Positions 29,875 to 40,614 of a DNA stretch of 64,000 bases are shown piece after piece (the first letter of the stretch is position 1; each line of letters opens with the position of its first letter). A program made the position numbers and the translations under genes. Location: the NCBI GenBank assembly GCA_033763455.1, contig JANRKO010000023.1, forward strand, positions 32,001-96,000, in the 5' to 3' direction. Below the pieces are notes generated by a model that saw only the letters and a program-made list of their open reading frames with translations, was not told the origin of the DNA and did no database searches. Source of the DNA: Polyangiaceae bacterium (GTDB lineage: Bacteria > Myxococcota_A > Polyangia > Polyangiales > Polyangiaceae).

Positions 29875-31582
29875 GCACGCTAAGAGCTTCTTCGATGGCC
29901 CCGATTTCGAGAGGCTTCTGTAGCTGAATGCTCTCAGTCGCTCGCAAGAACTCTTGGACGCGCCGTGTGAAGACTCCCCCGCTCGAAAATACCAAGCGAG
30001 AAATCAGCTCAGGGGCCTTTTCAGTTACCGCCGTGTGAATATCCACGCCATCCACGTCTGGCATCATGAGGTCGCACACAATCAAATCGAAATTCCCGCC
30101 CTGAAGGATGCGCCCCAAGCCTTTCGCACCGCCTTCGGCTATCTCGATATCATGGTAGCGGCTGAGCGAACGCTGATAGGCGCGTAAGAGCTGTACTTCA
30201 TCGTCAATAATCAGGAGCTTCTTCCGAGAACCCACCTTGTTGCGGGGAGGCCGCGACGTTTCCGCCCACCCCGGCACCAGCCCGTTATTGAACGGCAACC
30301 GCACCTCGAATACCGTGGGCCCCCCGGGCTTGCTCTGTACGCTGATCTCGCCGAGATGGTCGCGCACAATGTTGGCACAGAGGGCGAGCCCAAGGCCGGT
30401 GCCCACATCTCGACTTTTGGTGGTGAAGAAGGGTTGAAAGATCTTGGCGCGCGTCTCTGGATCGATGCCCCTTCCGCTATCTTCAACGGTCACCAGTAAG
30501 CAGTCTTCGGTAGCCTCGGTCGCCACGCGGATACGGTGTTGGCCGGGGGCAGCTTCTTCGATCGCTTGCGCTGCATTGGTGAGGAGATTGGTAACCACCT
30601 GGATGAGCCGGCTACGGCTCGCAACGATGGTGCGTGTGGCCTTGAGCGACTCCTCGAGCCGGGCGCGATAACGGATCTGCGTATGGCAGACTTTGCACGC
30701 CGTCTTCACGATTTCGTTGATGTCGACTACCTCTGTATCGTCACGTTCAATGCGAGCGAAGGCTCGGAGCTCCTTTACTGTGGAGGTAATGCGCTGCACA
30801 CCATCCAAACTGTCCCGCAGCATCTCGCCCACCTCGGCGAAGCTGCGCCCCCCATGCTCCAGCTCGGAAAGGGCTAAAATTGCCGCAAAATCATCGCAAT
30901 ATTTGGCCTTTAGGTTTTCTATCGCTCGCTCGGCCCGAGCCATCTCGCGGCAAACCTCCGACAGATATACCGAGACGAACGCTGCCGGATTGCTGATCTC
31001 GTGCGCTACCCCTGCGGCTAATTCACCAATTGCCGCCAGCTTACTCGAGTGCACCAGCTGTGCGCGCGCCTCGCGTAGGCTCTCATGCGCCAGCCCAAGA
31101 TCACGCTCACGGCGCACCTGCTGCGTGATATCGCGAATGCTCAACAAACAAAGGTGTTGGCCGCCGGCCTGGAAGTTGGCAGCGGTGAGGTCACCATAGA
31201 AGGGCAAGCTATCTTCGCGAACGAACTGCAAGCGTGATCGACTCACCCGCGAGCTTGCTAGAAGCTCAGATAAGAGCTCGCGATCCGCTCCTGAAGAAGC
31301 TGGCGCAAACAACTCTGGCAATGAGCTATTCAAGAAAGCATGGGGCGTGCGACCAAAGAGGTCAGCTGCCGCTGCATTGACCTCCACGAACCTGCCCGAG
31401 TTGCGATCAACCACCAACACCGCATCCCGAGTGCTCTCAATCAACGCGCGGTAACGATCTTCGAAGGACCCGAGCTCGGGTGTAAGCTCCGGCACTGCAG
31501 TGGACGTGCGCAAGCGTGTCTCGGAGTTGGCCGTGACACTACCGAAGGGCAGGGTACTGGTGCGGGGACGGTAACGAGGCAT
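29858..31582 (-). CDS. Hybrid sensor histidine kinase (PAS-HisKA-HATPase-REC)
   Basis: EVNAAA PAS; GVAHEISNP H-box; NLLTNAAQA, DSGRGI, PFFTTK, GTGLGL; IIDDE..CDLMMP receiver. ATG at 31582 chosen; ORF is open to 31621. Confidence 0.93.
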   Translation of the reverse strand: MPRYRPRTSTLPFGSVTANSETRLRTSTAVPELTPELGSFEDRYRALIESTRDAVLVVDRNSGRFVEVNAAAADLFGRTPHAFLNSSLPELFAPASSGADRELLSELLASSRVSRSRLQFVREDSLPFYGDLTAANFQAGGQHLCLLSIRDITQQVRRERDLGLAHESLREARAQLVHSSKLAAIGELAAGVAHEISNPAAFVSVYLSEVCREMARAERAIENLKAKYCDDFAAILALSELEHGGRSFAEVGEMLRDSLDGVQRITSTVKELRAFARIERDDTEVVDINEIVKTACKVCHTQIRYRARLEESLKATRTIVASRSRLIQVVTNLLTNAAQAIEEAAPGQHRIRVATEATEDCLLVTVEDSGRGIDPETRAKIFQPFFTTKSRDVGTGLGLALCANIVRDHLGEISVQSKPGGPTVFEVRLPFNNGLVPGWAETSRPPRNKVGSRKKLLIIDDEVQLLRAYQRSLSRYHDIEIAEGGAKGLGRILQGGNFDLIVCDLMMPDVDGVDIHTAVTEKAPELISRLVFSSGGVFTRRVQEFLRATESIQLQKPLEIGAIEEALSVLKVER

Positions 31583-31916
31583 CAATGTACGGCTTCCGCG
31601 AAGACACGGATTGGCAAGCATCGGATGATACAGAAATTCAGCCTGTGGTCATCCTGCGAATAACATCTGAGTAAGCTTAGGAGATCGTGTGCACACCACA
31701 CTGAACGGGTGAGCGCTGTTTGATCAGCGGCAACAAAAATGTCACGAGAGAGCCACCGATGCATGGGCCCGGTAGCTGGCCTCTGGCTGACAACTGGAAA
31801 GTGGGTATTCCTCGTCAGTTCGTGCGAGTCTCCGGCAGGCAGTATCCCTTGCGGATTGAATGCGGATTGAACCGGATGACCGGGTTGGGATAACAGGCCG
31901 AGGCAGGTCCTAAATC

Positions 31917-33086
31917 ATGAGCACGCTCCTAAGTTGGATTCGACGCTGGCAGTCCACTCTCATCGTTGCGGGCTTCTTGGCCGGCGTCCTCTATTTCACG
32001 CGCGATAGGGATACCCGAAAGTGTGCCGACTTGCCGGTTTGTGCCGAGCTCGGCAAGTGTGGCGGGGCGCCTCCCGAATGCAAAGCGACCTCCGATGATG
32101 CATGCAAGAAGGCGCGCGTGTGCCAGAGCGCGGGCCAGTGCCACGCCGTAGGGGATCGCTGCGTGATTACGGACGACTGGTGCCAAAAGCAAAGGAGCTG
32201 CAAAGCTTCGGGCCAGTGCACTGCGCAAATCGGCCCGCCTGATCAGTGTATTGCCGGACCAAATGATTGCCAGGGCTCTGACATCTGCAAGAGCGACGGA
32301 CTTTGCATGAGTCGAAACGGCCAATGCGCAGCTACTGCGGACGGATGCAGGGCCTCCATGCCCTGCCAGAGAGACGGCCTATGCAGTGAGCAAGAGGGCC
32401 GCTGCCTCGCGCTCACGCGAAACGACTGCGAAACGTCTGAAAACTGCTTCAAGCAGGCCAAATGCAGCGCGAATGGCGGAATCTGTAAGCCTGACGCCGA
32501 TGATTGCAAGACTTCGGCGCTTTGCCAAAAGTACGGCCTCTGCAAAACCAAAGACGGAAGCTGTGTGGCCGACACCGACGAGGCGTGTTTGGCTTCCGAA
32601 GAATGCAAGTTGAACGGCCGCTGTCGTGTGAAACAGAACACGTGCGGAACCGTTAAGGATGAAGACTGCGCGGCCTCTACGAAGTGTAAGGAGGAAGGGC
32701 GCTGCGCGGTGCGCTACGGCGTGTGCGCTTCCACAGAGAACAGCCACTGCCGCAACTCCGACGTTTGCAAGACGCAAGGTCGCTGCGCCACGGACAACGG
32801 GCGCTGCATAGCAACTCAAAACGCAGATTGCCGGAAATCGGACCTTTGTCTCGAAGAAGGCCGTTGTTTCGCCGATAAAAGCAGTTGCGCAGCCCAGCGC
32901 GACGAAGATTGCAAGCGCAGCAAGGTGTGCAAAGAAAAGGGCACCTGCACGGCCAAGTACAGTCGCTGCGTTGTCGATTTCAACTACGGCAAGGCCGACG
33001 CTGGAGCCGCAACCCTCGGCACCCAGCAGAACGCAAAAGCTACTGGCGGCACGAAGCCCGCGACCTCAACAAAGCCCAAACCTTAA
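31917..33086 (+). CDS. Membrane-anchored protein with 12 tandem four-Cys repeats
   Basis: N-terminal TM LIVAGFLAGVLYF, then 12 units of C-x5-C-x5-C-x6-C-x6/7 (48 Cys; one unit has a 3-aa insertion). Confidence 0.85.
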   Translation: MSTLLSWIRRWQSTLIVAGFLAGVLYFTRDRDTRKCADLPVCAELGKCGGAPPECKATSDDACKKARVCQSAGQCHAVGDRCVITDDWCQKQRSCKASGQCTAQIGPPDQCIAGPNDCQGSDICKSDGLCMSRNGQCAATADGCRASMPCQRDGLCSEQEGRCLALTRNDCETSENCFKQAKCSANGGICKPDADDCKTSALCQKYGLCKTKDGSCVADTDEACLASEECKLNGRCRVKQNTCGTVKDEDCAASTKCKEEGRCAVRYGVCASTENSHCRNSDVCKTQGRCATDNGRCIATQNADCRKSDLCLEEGRCFADKSSCAAQRDEDCKRSKVCKEKGTCTAKYSRCVVDFNYGKADAGAATLGTQQNAKATGGTKPATSTKPKP

Positions 33087-33664
33087 GCTTGGCTCTCGAG
33101 CAGCTCTTCTTCCGTAAACAGAGGAGCTTTGGGGGCTGGCGGGATCCTGGAACCCTTAACGGACCAACGCACGCCGCTGTCAGCCATCTCGCTGAAACGC
33201 ACCCGCACGCTCACAGGCTCTTTTTCGCAGACTGCACCCGCAAGCTCGAACAGATCCGTACGAATCGCTACGTCGGACTCACCGCACTGAGCCGTGAGAA
33301 AAAGCTCTCCATCGGCCGCCATCTTGCGCGCAACCTTAGATACCAATTCGGTGCGACGCCCGGCATCCGACGGCTCAGAATCTCTGGAGGCCGCCACAAT
33401 AATGACCTGCACGCTCTGACCACCCTGGGCCAAGCTCTGCACCCGGCGTTGCACGCGCATGGAGAACTGGCGATACGACTCTTCGTCAGCTTGAACCTCC
33501 ACCAGGGACCCACCCGTCCCTCTCTGCAAGTCAGCCGCAAACACCGGCCAGCTGGCCCCGCGCTCCATGATAACCATGCACACGGTTTTCTCTTTTTGCT
33601 GCTCTTCTGAGCTCCCGAACGTCATCCCTCTACTCACCTTTTCAGAAACGCTGAACATTTGCAT
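33083..33664 (-). CDS. Hypothetical protein
   Basis: 193-aa ORF filling the gap and converging on the Cys-repeat gene with a 4-bp overlap; true start may be the downstream MVIMERG. Confidence 0.55.
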   Translation of the reverse strand: MQMFSVSEKVSRGMTFGSSEEQQKEKTVCMVIMERGASWPVFAADLQRGTGGSLVEVQADEESYRQFSMRVQRRVQSLAQGGQSVQVIIVAASRDSEPSDAGRRTELVSKVARKMAADGELFLTAQCGESDVAIRTDLFELAGAVCEKEPVSVRVRFSEMADSGVRWSVKGSRIPPAPKAPLFTEEELLESQA

Positions 33665-33968
33665 GGCACCAATAAGTCCGTCAAGGGGTCATTGAACGCA
33701 GTGCCCCCTGAACGGACATGTGGACAGGCCAGTTAAGGATCACGCTGAAATTTTCAGCACCCACGCCGAGCCTATGGCAACGCGTGCAGCCATGGTGGGA
33801 GCGCCTAAGTGATCGAGATTGCTGTTGAGCAGTGGGGGCCGGCGAATTGGTTGGATGCCCTCCCCGGCAAGACCCGTCAAAGGTGGCGACAAAACCCCAA
33901 TCACTATCGCTCCGCCCGCGATCTTCCGGATTGTGTGGTTCATCAGCTCGCCTGCAGCAACGGATACT

Positions 33969-34244
33969 TCACTCCCGGAAAACGCGAGCCAAGTCGACCT
34001 GCACTTCGGGAAAGCTAGGGGTTTCGAGCGTGGAGCCGCGGTCGAACCTCTGCTCCAGAGCATAATCCGCATTTTCTAGTCGGTAGAGTTCGATGTGACC
34101 GCCGATCGGATCCACCACCCAATACTCGGGCACCAGAAAGCGAGCATACAAGACCTTCTTGACTCTGCGATCCAACACTCTGCTGCTCGGCGAAATGATC
34201 TCGACGACGATCTCCGGAGGTCCCTCAATCCCTCGATCCGTCAC
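33969..34244 (-). pseudogene. Uma2/DUF820 endonuclease, C-terminal half only
   Basis: GIEGPPEIVVEIISPSS...DRRVK..LYARF.VPEYWVVDP; in-frame TGA three codons upstream and no N-terminal ELIDG/PD region. Confidence 0.8.
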
Positions 34245-34636
34245 GTAGCTTCAGACGTCGATCGTATCGCCCTCTAGCGTGCGCAAGTGGCGACTCCAGC
34301 GAAGTTCCAATGCGAATCCCAGTAAGGCTATCGGAGCGAGCAGAACCGCTGACATCGCTGAGAGAAGCAACACTCGCGATCGGGGCGGAAACTGCGGCAA
34401 TCAATACCAGGTTCACTACAATAGTGACCGGCCACGGTAACCTCATTGCCTCAACCAGTGTCTCCACGGGGCCGCCGGTACTATATTTTGATGCTCCTCG
34501 AAAGCAGGTTAACAGAAGCGGTCGGCCGGAGGTCGGCAAGGTGTCCGATAAACGTCAGATTTCCCAGATACTTGCCATGACAAGTGTCCGTTCGTCAGCG
34601 CGCAGGGCCCCGCGGCGCCGAGAAGTTGGCCCACAC

Positions 34637-36025
34637 CTAGAAATTCAACGCGCGCCCATCGACCGCCAATGCGGCTTCTTTGAGCGCCTCGGCGAGCGTG
34701 GGGTGTGCGTGAGTGGAACGTGCGAGATCTTCGGCGGAGGCACCGAATTCAATCGCCACCGCAGCTTCCGCGATGATGTCGCCCGCGTGGGGACCTAGAA
34801 TGTGCACGCCCAAGATCCGATCTGTTTTCTCATCCGCGAGTACTTTGGCTCGCCCCTCCGTGGAGCCAACGGCCTTTGCACGCGCGTTCGCGAGGAACGG
34901 GAATGATCCCTTTTTGTAGGCAATTCCCGCCGCCTTGAGCTCTTCTTCTGTCTTCCCCACCGAAGCTATCTCTGGGTGCGTGTAAACGACGTTCGGAATC
35001 GCGTCGTAGTTGATGTGGCTGTAGCCTTTTACGATCTGCTCAACGCACGCCACCCCTTCTTCTTCGGCTTTGTGCGCGAGCATGGGGCCTGCGATGACGT
35101 CGCCGATGGCGTAGATGCCAGGCACCTTGGTTCGGAATTTAGCATCGACCACCACACGCCCCCTGGCGTCAAGTTCAACGCCTGCGGCGCCAATGTTCAA
35201 CCCGTCCGTGTTGGGCCTACGGCCAACGGCGAGCAGCACCCGATCGCAGGTGATCGGATCCGAGCCCTCAATTTGCACCGAGCAGTGATCCCCATGCGCC
35301 TCTGCCCCCAACACCTTGGCGCCCAAACGAAACGTAAGTCCCTGCTTTTCGAAGATTCGCTTGGCCTCGGCGGCGAGCTCCGTATCCATCCCGGGCAAGA
35401 TGCGATCCAGATACTCAAGCACCGTGACTTGTGCTCCGAGCCGGCTCCAAACAGAGCCCATTTCAAGGCCAATGACGCCCGCGCCAATTACTACGAGATG
35501 TTTGGGCACCTCGGGGTACGCCAAGGCTTCGGTGCTGGTGCCAATTCGATCGCCGTCGAGCGTGACCCCACGGAGCGGTGATACACTGCTACCGGTGGCG
35601 ATTATCACGTGTTTGGCAACCACCTCTAGGCTGCCGCTCGCCGCCTGAATGTTCACGCGCTTTGAATCGATGAAGCTCGCCCAGCCTTCATAGCGAGTTA
35701 CTTTGTTCTTCTTGAAGAGCTGAGCAATCCCGGATGTAAGCTGGCGCACCACGGTATCTTTGCGGGCCAGCATGCGCGAAAGATCGAGCCGAATTCCCGA
35801 AAGCTCGATCCCGAACTCCGCGGCGTGGTGCTGCGCTTGGTAGTAACGCTCGCTCGATTCGAGCAGGGCTTTGCTTGGAATGCACCCCACGCGCAGGCAG
35901 GTGCCGCCGAGAGCCGCTTCGCCTTCCACGCACGCTACATCCAAGCCCAGCTGAGCCGCGCGAATGGCGGCAATGTAACCGCCCGGGCCTGCGCCGATTA
36001 CCAACAAATCATGGGATTTTGCCAT
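34637..36025 (-). CDS. lpdA: Dihydrolipoyl dehydrogenase
   Basis: GAGPGGY, GGTCLRVGCIPSK, GAGVIGLE, HAHPTLAE. Confidence 0.97.
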   Translation of the reverse strand: MAKSHDLLVIGAGPGGYIAAIRAAQLGLDVACVEGEAALGGTCLRVGCIPSKALLESSERYYQAQHHAAEFGIELSGIRLDLSRMLARKDTVVRQLTSGIAQLFKKNKVTRYEGWASFIDSKRVNIQAASGSLEVVAKHVIIATGSSVSPLRGVTLDGDRIGTSTEALAYPEVPKHLVVIGAGVIGLEMGSVWSRLGAQVTVLEYLDRILPGMDTELAAEAKRIFEKQGLTFRLGAKVLGAEAHGDHCSVQIEGSDPITCDRVLLAVGRRPNTDGLNIGAAGVELDARGRVVVDAKFRTKVPGIYAIGDVIAGPMLAHKAEEEGVACVEQIVKGYSHINYDAIPNVVYTHPEIASVGKTEEELKAAGIAYKKGSFPFLANARAKAVGSTEGRAKVLADEKTDRILGVHILGPHAGDIIAEAAVAIEFGASAEDLARSTHAHPTLAEALKEAALAVDGRALNF

Positions 36026-36026
36026 A

Positions 36027-37292
36027 TCAAACTTCGAGCAAGATGCGCGTAGGATTCTCGACGCATTCTTTGATGCGCTTCAAAAAGGTAACAGCTTCGC
36101 GACCATCGACGATGCGATGGTCGTACGTCATGGCGATGTACATCATGGGGCGAATCACGACGGCGCCGTTTTCGGCAATCGGCCGATCAAGAATTCCATG
36201 CAGGCCCAAGATGCCGCTTTGCGGAGGATTGATGATAGGCGTGGAGAGTAAGGAGCCGTACACGCCGCCGTTGGAGATCGTGAAGGTGCCACCTTGCATC
36301 TCTTCGAGCTTGAGCTTGTTCTCCTTCGCGCGTTTGCCGAATTCAGCGATTTTCTGCTCCACCTCGGCAAAGCTTAGGCGCTCAGCATTGCGAATCACCG
36401 GCACGGCCAGGCCCTTGCCGCCCCCTACTGCCACACCAATGTCGTAGAAGTTCTTAAACACCAGGTTATCCCCCCGGATCTCCGCGTTCACCTGGGGCAC
36501 CAGCTTCAGAGCATCGATAGCAGCCTTCACAAAGAAGGACATGAAGCCGAGCTTCACGCCGTATCGTTCTTGGAATTGTGGCTGGTACTGCTTTCGGAGC
36601 TCCATCACGTGGGACATATCCACCTCATTGAAGGTGGTGAGCAGAGCCGCCGTTTGCTGGGATTGCACGAGGCGTTCTGCGATGCGGCGCCGGAATGGGC
36701 TCATCGGCACTATCTCTTCGGCTCGACCCGGTGCTTCCGAAGGGGTGGGCGTTGGCGCTGGCGGAGGCGCCGGGGGAGCCTTGCCAAGCTCGGCGCGCCG
36801 CTGAACGTCTTCTTTGAGTAGCCTTCCGCCTGGCCCGGATGCCGGCACTTGTTCTGCGGTGAGCCCGTGCTCGTGCAGGGCATGGCGCGCCGCAGGCATC
36901 ACACGTGCGAAGGCCTGAGGAGGCAAAGACTCGCGGATGCTATCGAGCTCGCGTGAGGCCTGAGGAGCCTCTGGAGCGGGCAATATAGCAGGCGCATCTT
37001 TTGGGGGAGCCGGTGGGGGAGCGGACTTCTGGGGAGCTTGAGCTACAGCACTCGCTGCTTCCTCCATGCTTCCCACAACGTCGCCGACCGTGGCCTTGGC
37101 CCCTGTAGCGATCCGGATCTCGGTGAGCACTCCGTCGGCGGGCGCCGGAAGCTCAACGGTTACCTTATCGGTCTCGATCATCACCAGGCTCTCGTCGCGC
37201 CGAACGGTGTCCCCCACTTTCTTGAGCCATTCACCAACTTGAACTTCAGTGATCGATTCGCCGACGCTCGGAACCTTGAGTAAAATGGCCAT
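36027..37292 (-). CDS. sucB: 2-oxoglutarate dehydrogenase E2 (dihydrolipoyllysine succinyltransferase)
   Basis: Lipoyl [33 protein letters not shown]. Confidence 0.96.
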   Translation of the reverse strand: MAILLKVPSVGESITEVQVGEWLKKVGDTVRRDESLVMIETDKVTVELPAPADGVLTEIRIATGAKATVGDVVGSMEEAASAVAQAPQKSAPPPAPPKDAPAILPAPEAPQASRELDSIRESLPPQAFARVMPAARHALHEHGLTAEQVPASGPGGRLLKEDVQRRAELGKAPPAPPPAPTPTPSEAPGRAEEIVPMSPFRRRIAERLVQSQQTAALLTTFNEVDMSHVMELRKQYQPQFQERYGVKLGFMSFFVKAAIDALKLVPQVNAEIRGDNLVFKNFYDIGVAVGGGKGLAVPVIRNAERLSFAEVEQKIAEFGKRAKENKLKLEEMQGGTFTISNGGVYGSLLSTPIINPPQSGILGLHGILDRPIAENGAVVIRPMMYIAMTYDHRIVDGREAVTFLKRIKECVENPTRILLEV

Positions 37293-37346
37293 TTATTGAA
37301 CCCTTTCTCGCATAACCTACTCTAATCTATCGGCCCCCGTTCAAAT

Positions 37347-40175
37347 TCAATGCCGCGGGGCGAAACTTCGATCGAGCAAATCTTTCTGCTCAATCCTGTG
37401 GCAATTCGCCGAACCTGTGGCCGGGCTTGCTGAAGACGTGCGAGAAACACAGCTGAAAGGAAAACGCCCCAAGAGCTGTGCCCCAAACCGCGCCCAGAGC
37501 GTGCGCCAAGCACCCATGTTTTCCGGCTCCTCCTGAACCCAGATCACAGGTGTCCCGCTCGCGTAGCCGGCAAGCGCTGCGTTGAGCGCCTGCTCCCCGA
37601 GCGGATAGAGCTGTTCCAGGCGCACGATGGCAACATCTGTGCGGCCTAGATCTTCCCGCTGCTTCAATAGATCGTAATACACCTTGCCCGAGCAGAGCAG
37701 GATCCGTTCCGCTTGGGCGGTTACCACATCATCTTTCAGTACACGTTGAAACGTGCCCTGCGTGAAGTCCGTAAGCGGGCTGGTTACCCGCGGATGCCGC
37801 AGCAAACTCTTGGGGGTGAACACCACCAGCGGCTTGCGCCAGGGGCGAACCACCTGCCTGCGCAACAAGTGAAAGAGCTGAGCTGGCGTCGTAGGTTGAA
37901 CAATCTGCATGTTGTCTTCGGAAGCCAGAGTCAGGAAGCGTTCAAGGCGCGCGCTCGAATGCTCCGGACCCTGGCCTTCAAAGCCGTGGGGCAACAGCAT
38001 CGTGATGCCACTCAAGCGCTTCCACTTATCTTCGGCACTCGAGATAAATTGATCGATAATGACCTGCGCCGCGTTAACAAAATCACCGAACTGCGCTTCC
38101 CAAATCACCAATCCGTCTGGCCAATCCAGGCTGTAGCCGTACTCAAAACCAAGCACACCAGCCTCACTCAAACAGCTGTTGTAGATTTCAAGTGGCGCCT
38201 GAGACGGGCTCATATGGCAGAGAGGAATATAGCGCTCGCCGTTTTCGTAGTCGTGCAGTACCGCATGACGGTGGCTGAAGGTGCCGCGGCCCGCGTCTTG
38301 CCCGGTAAACCGCACGCGAACGCCCTCCATAACAAGGCTAGCAAACACCAGAGCCTCGCCAGCGCCCCAATCGAGTGGCTTCAACTGGTCCGCCATTTCC
38401 CGCCTTTGCTCGAGAATGCGAACGATTTTTGGATTGGGATGGAAGCCTTCAGGAAGCTCTAGCTGACGGCGCATGTAGTGGGTTAGCAGCGACAGATCAA
38501 CGCCGGTTGGAGGGTCATCCACTGCTGCTTCCGGGCCTCCCCCAAAGCCCTTCCAATAGCCCCCCAACCAATCCTGCACCTTCACGTAATCTTCACGGCG
38601 AGCCTCACCAAGCTCCACTTCGAGGTGTTCGCGGCGCTGCACGGTAATCGCGTCCGCCTCTTCACGCGTAACACTGCCAAGCTTCAGCAGGTTGTTGAGA
38701 TAGCCGTCGCGCACGCTGGCGCGCTGACGAATGGCTGCATAAAGAAGCGGCTGGGTGAAGGTAGGCTCGTCACCCTCGTTGTGGCCGTAGCGTCGATACC
38801 CATACATATCGATCACGACGTCGCGCTGGAACGTGTCCCGAAAGTCCATCGCCAGCAACACCACTTGTGCCACCGCTTCTGGATCTTCACCGTTCACGTG
38901 AAAGATCGGAATTTGGAGCATCTTGGCTACGTCCGTTGCGTACGTGGTCGAGCGCGCCTCTGAAGGAGGTGTGGTGAAGCCAATCTGGTTATTGATCACG
39001 ACGTGCAACGTGCCGCCCGTGCCGTAGGCGGCTAGCTGACTCAGATTGAGCGTTTCCTGGACGATGCCCTCGCCCGCAAACGCAGCATCTCCGTGGATCA
39101 CCAGGGCCATCTTGCGACGTCTCTCGGTGTCTTTGGCACGGTCCTGTTTGGCACGCGTTCGACCGAGCACGACAGTGTTCACGTATTCCAAGTGGCTTGG
39201 GTTGAAGCACAGAGAGAGGTGCACCTGTTTTCCGTTCGCACAGGCGTAATCAGCACTGTGCCCTAGGTGGTACTTCACGTCGCCACTGCCAAAATAGAGC
39301 TCAGGGTCGAGGTCTTCAAACTCCCGAAAGATATCACGTGGGCTCTTGCCCATGATGTTCGCCAGCACATTCAGGCGACCACGGTGCGCCATCCCCAGCA
39401 CTACCTCGTCCACGCCGAGCTCAGAGGCGCGATCGATGGCGAACGCTAGGAGAGGAATCAAACTTTCCGAACCTTCCAATGAAAAACTCTTAGCTCCCAA
39501 GAACTTCTTCTGGACGAACTCTTCGAAGATCACGGCATCGGTCAGCTTGGTGAGGATACGCAGTTGTTCCTGGCGGCTCAGGTCCAAACGATTCTCTGTC
39601 CCCTCCATGCGCCTTTGAAGCCAATCTTTAACCTCAAGATCATCGATGTGCATGAATTGCACACCGATCGAGCGACAATACGTATTGTGAAGGCGGCTTA
39701 CGATCTCGCCGAGCGTCGATACTGCTGGCCCAAAAATCGTACGACTAGAAAACTTGCGACTGAGATCGTCCTGTGAGAGCCCGTGAAACTCGGGCGAAAG
39801 CTCAAGTTGATCTGGGCGCGGAAGCCCCAGCGGATCGACCGCCGCGATCATGTGCCCTCGCACTCGAAAGGCGCGGACGAGTGCATCCACGCGATCCTGG
39901 CGGACCGCAGCATCTGAAACACCAGCTGAACCGTTCAGGCCACCATTGCCATTTTGATAGCTGCCGCCATTCGTTGGAGACGGGGGATTGAACAGGCTGG
40001 AGGGGCGAAAGGTAGGACCAAACCCAAGCCCACCGTGCGGGGGAGGAGCGATGCCATCGAAGTATTGTTTCCAATCGGCGGGAACACTCGAGGCGTCCTT
40101 CAAGTACTCGACGTACAGATCTTCGATGAGCGACAGGCACTCACTGTTCGGCCAAGTTTCAAATGATTGCGACAT
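37347..40175 (-). CDS. sucA: 2-oxoglutarate dehydrogenase E1
   Basis: FSLEG, GMAHRGRLN, GDVKYHLG, HGDAAFAG, WEAQFGDF, GPEHSSARLER. Confidence 0.97.
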   Translation of the reverse strand: MSQSFETWPNSECLSLIEDLYVEYLKDASSVPADWKQYFDGIAPPPHGGLGFGPTFRPSSLFNPPSPTNGGSYQNGNGGLNGSAGVSDAAVRQDRVDALVRAFRVRGHMIAAVDPLGLPRPDQLELSPEFHGLSQDDLSRKFSSRTIFGPAVSTLGEIVSRLHNTYCRSIGVQFMHIDDLEVKDWLQRRMEGTENRLDLSRQEQLRILTKLTDAVIFEEFVQKKFLGAKSFSLEGSESLIPLLAFAIDRASELGVDEVVLGMAHRGRLNVLANIMGKSPRDIFREFEDLDPELYFGSGDVKYHLGHSADYACANGKQVHLSLCFNPSHLEYVNTVVLGRTRAKQDRAKDTERRRKMALVIHGDAAFAGEGIVQETLNLSQLAAYGTGGTLHVVINNQIGFTTPPSEARSTTYATDVAKMLQIPIFHVNGEDPEAVAQVVLLAMDFRDTFQRDVVIDMYGYRRYGHNEGDEPTFTQPLLYAAIRQRASVRDGYLNNLLKLGSVTREEADAITVQRREHLEVELGEARREDYVKVQDWLGGYWKGFGGGPEAAVDDPPTGVDLSLLTHYMRRQLELPEGFHPNPKIVRILEQRREMADQLKPLDWGAGEALVFASLVMEGVRVRFTGQDAGRGTFSHRHAVLHDYENGERYIPLCHMSPSQAPLEIYNSCLSEAGVLGFEYGYSLDWPDGLVIWEAQFGDFVNAAQVIIDQFISSAEDKWKRLSGITMLLPHGFEGQGPEHSSARLERFLTLASEDNMQIVQPTTPAQLFHLLRRQVVRPWRKPLVVFTPKSLLRHPRVTSPLTDFTQGTFQRVLKDDVVTAQAERILLCSGKVYYDLLKQREDLGRTDVAIVRLEQLYPLGEQALNAALAGYASGTPVIWVQEEPENMGAWRTLWARFGAQLLGRFPFSCVSRTSSASPATGSANCHRIEQKDLLDRSFAPRH

Positions 40176-40576
40176 CTTGTCCTTTGCAAACGCTCCGTGG
40201 GATTCAATCTATAGGAGCTATCACGCTCGCGCGGCGCCACACATGCCCTCGGCTGAAGCGCGACGCAAGCACCTGTTGGCCAACCGCCCGAACCGAGCCC
40301 TTTGGCTCACCCCCACCCGCCCGCCGACATCGACCCACGGCGCGTTCGCCTGGTATTCAGGTTTCTTCAGGCCAATCGGCGGCGGCTACACGTAGGCTGG
40401 TACTGCTTCAGATTCAATCGGCCGCGTGGCCCGCAACTACAGCCGTTCCGACGCCGGCAGCCCTGGCTGGCATCCGCGGCTTGCTGTCCTGGCGCTGCGT
40501 CTGGTGAGGCCGGCAGAAGCTGTAAAACATGAACATCAACGCCGTCGCGTTTCTGTGGCTCACTGAACGAATGCTC

Positions 40577-40606
40577 TTGCACATAGACGTCCAGACGTCT
40601 TATGGT
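40577..40606 (+). promoter_or_regulatory. Putative sigma70 promoter of the RM operon with palindromic spacer
   Basis: TTGCAC-N18-TATGGT; spacer contains AGACGTC-CA-GACGTCT; ATG follows 8 nt after the -10 with no RBS. Confidence 0.6.
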
Positions 40607-40614
40607 TTCACGTG

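Noticed and set aside
33676..33737. Hairpin plus GTTAAGG as an integron attC site
   Set aside because: No matching RYYYAAC box and no integrase or cassette array.
40302..40532. YCFRFNR resembling the C-terminal motif of IS1595 transposases
   Set aside because: The peptide is just the translation of the left inverted repeat; no other transposase motifs surround it.
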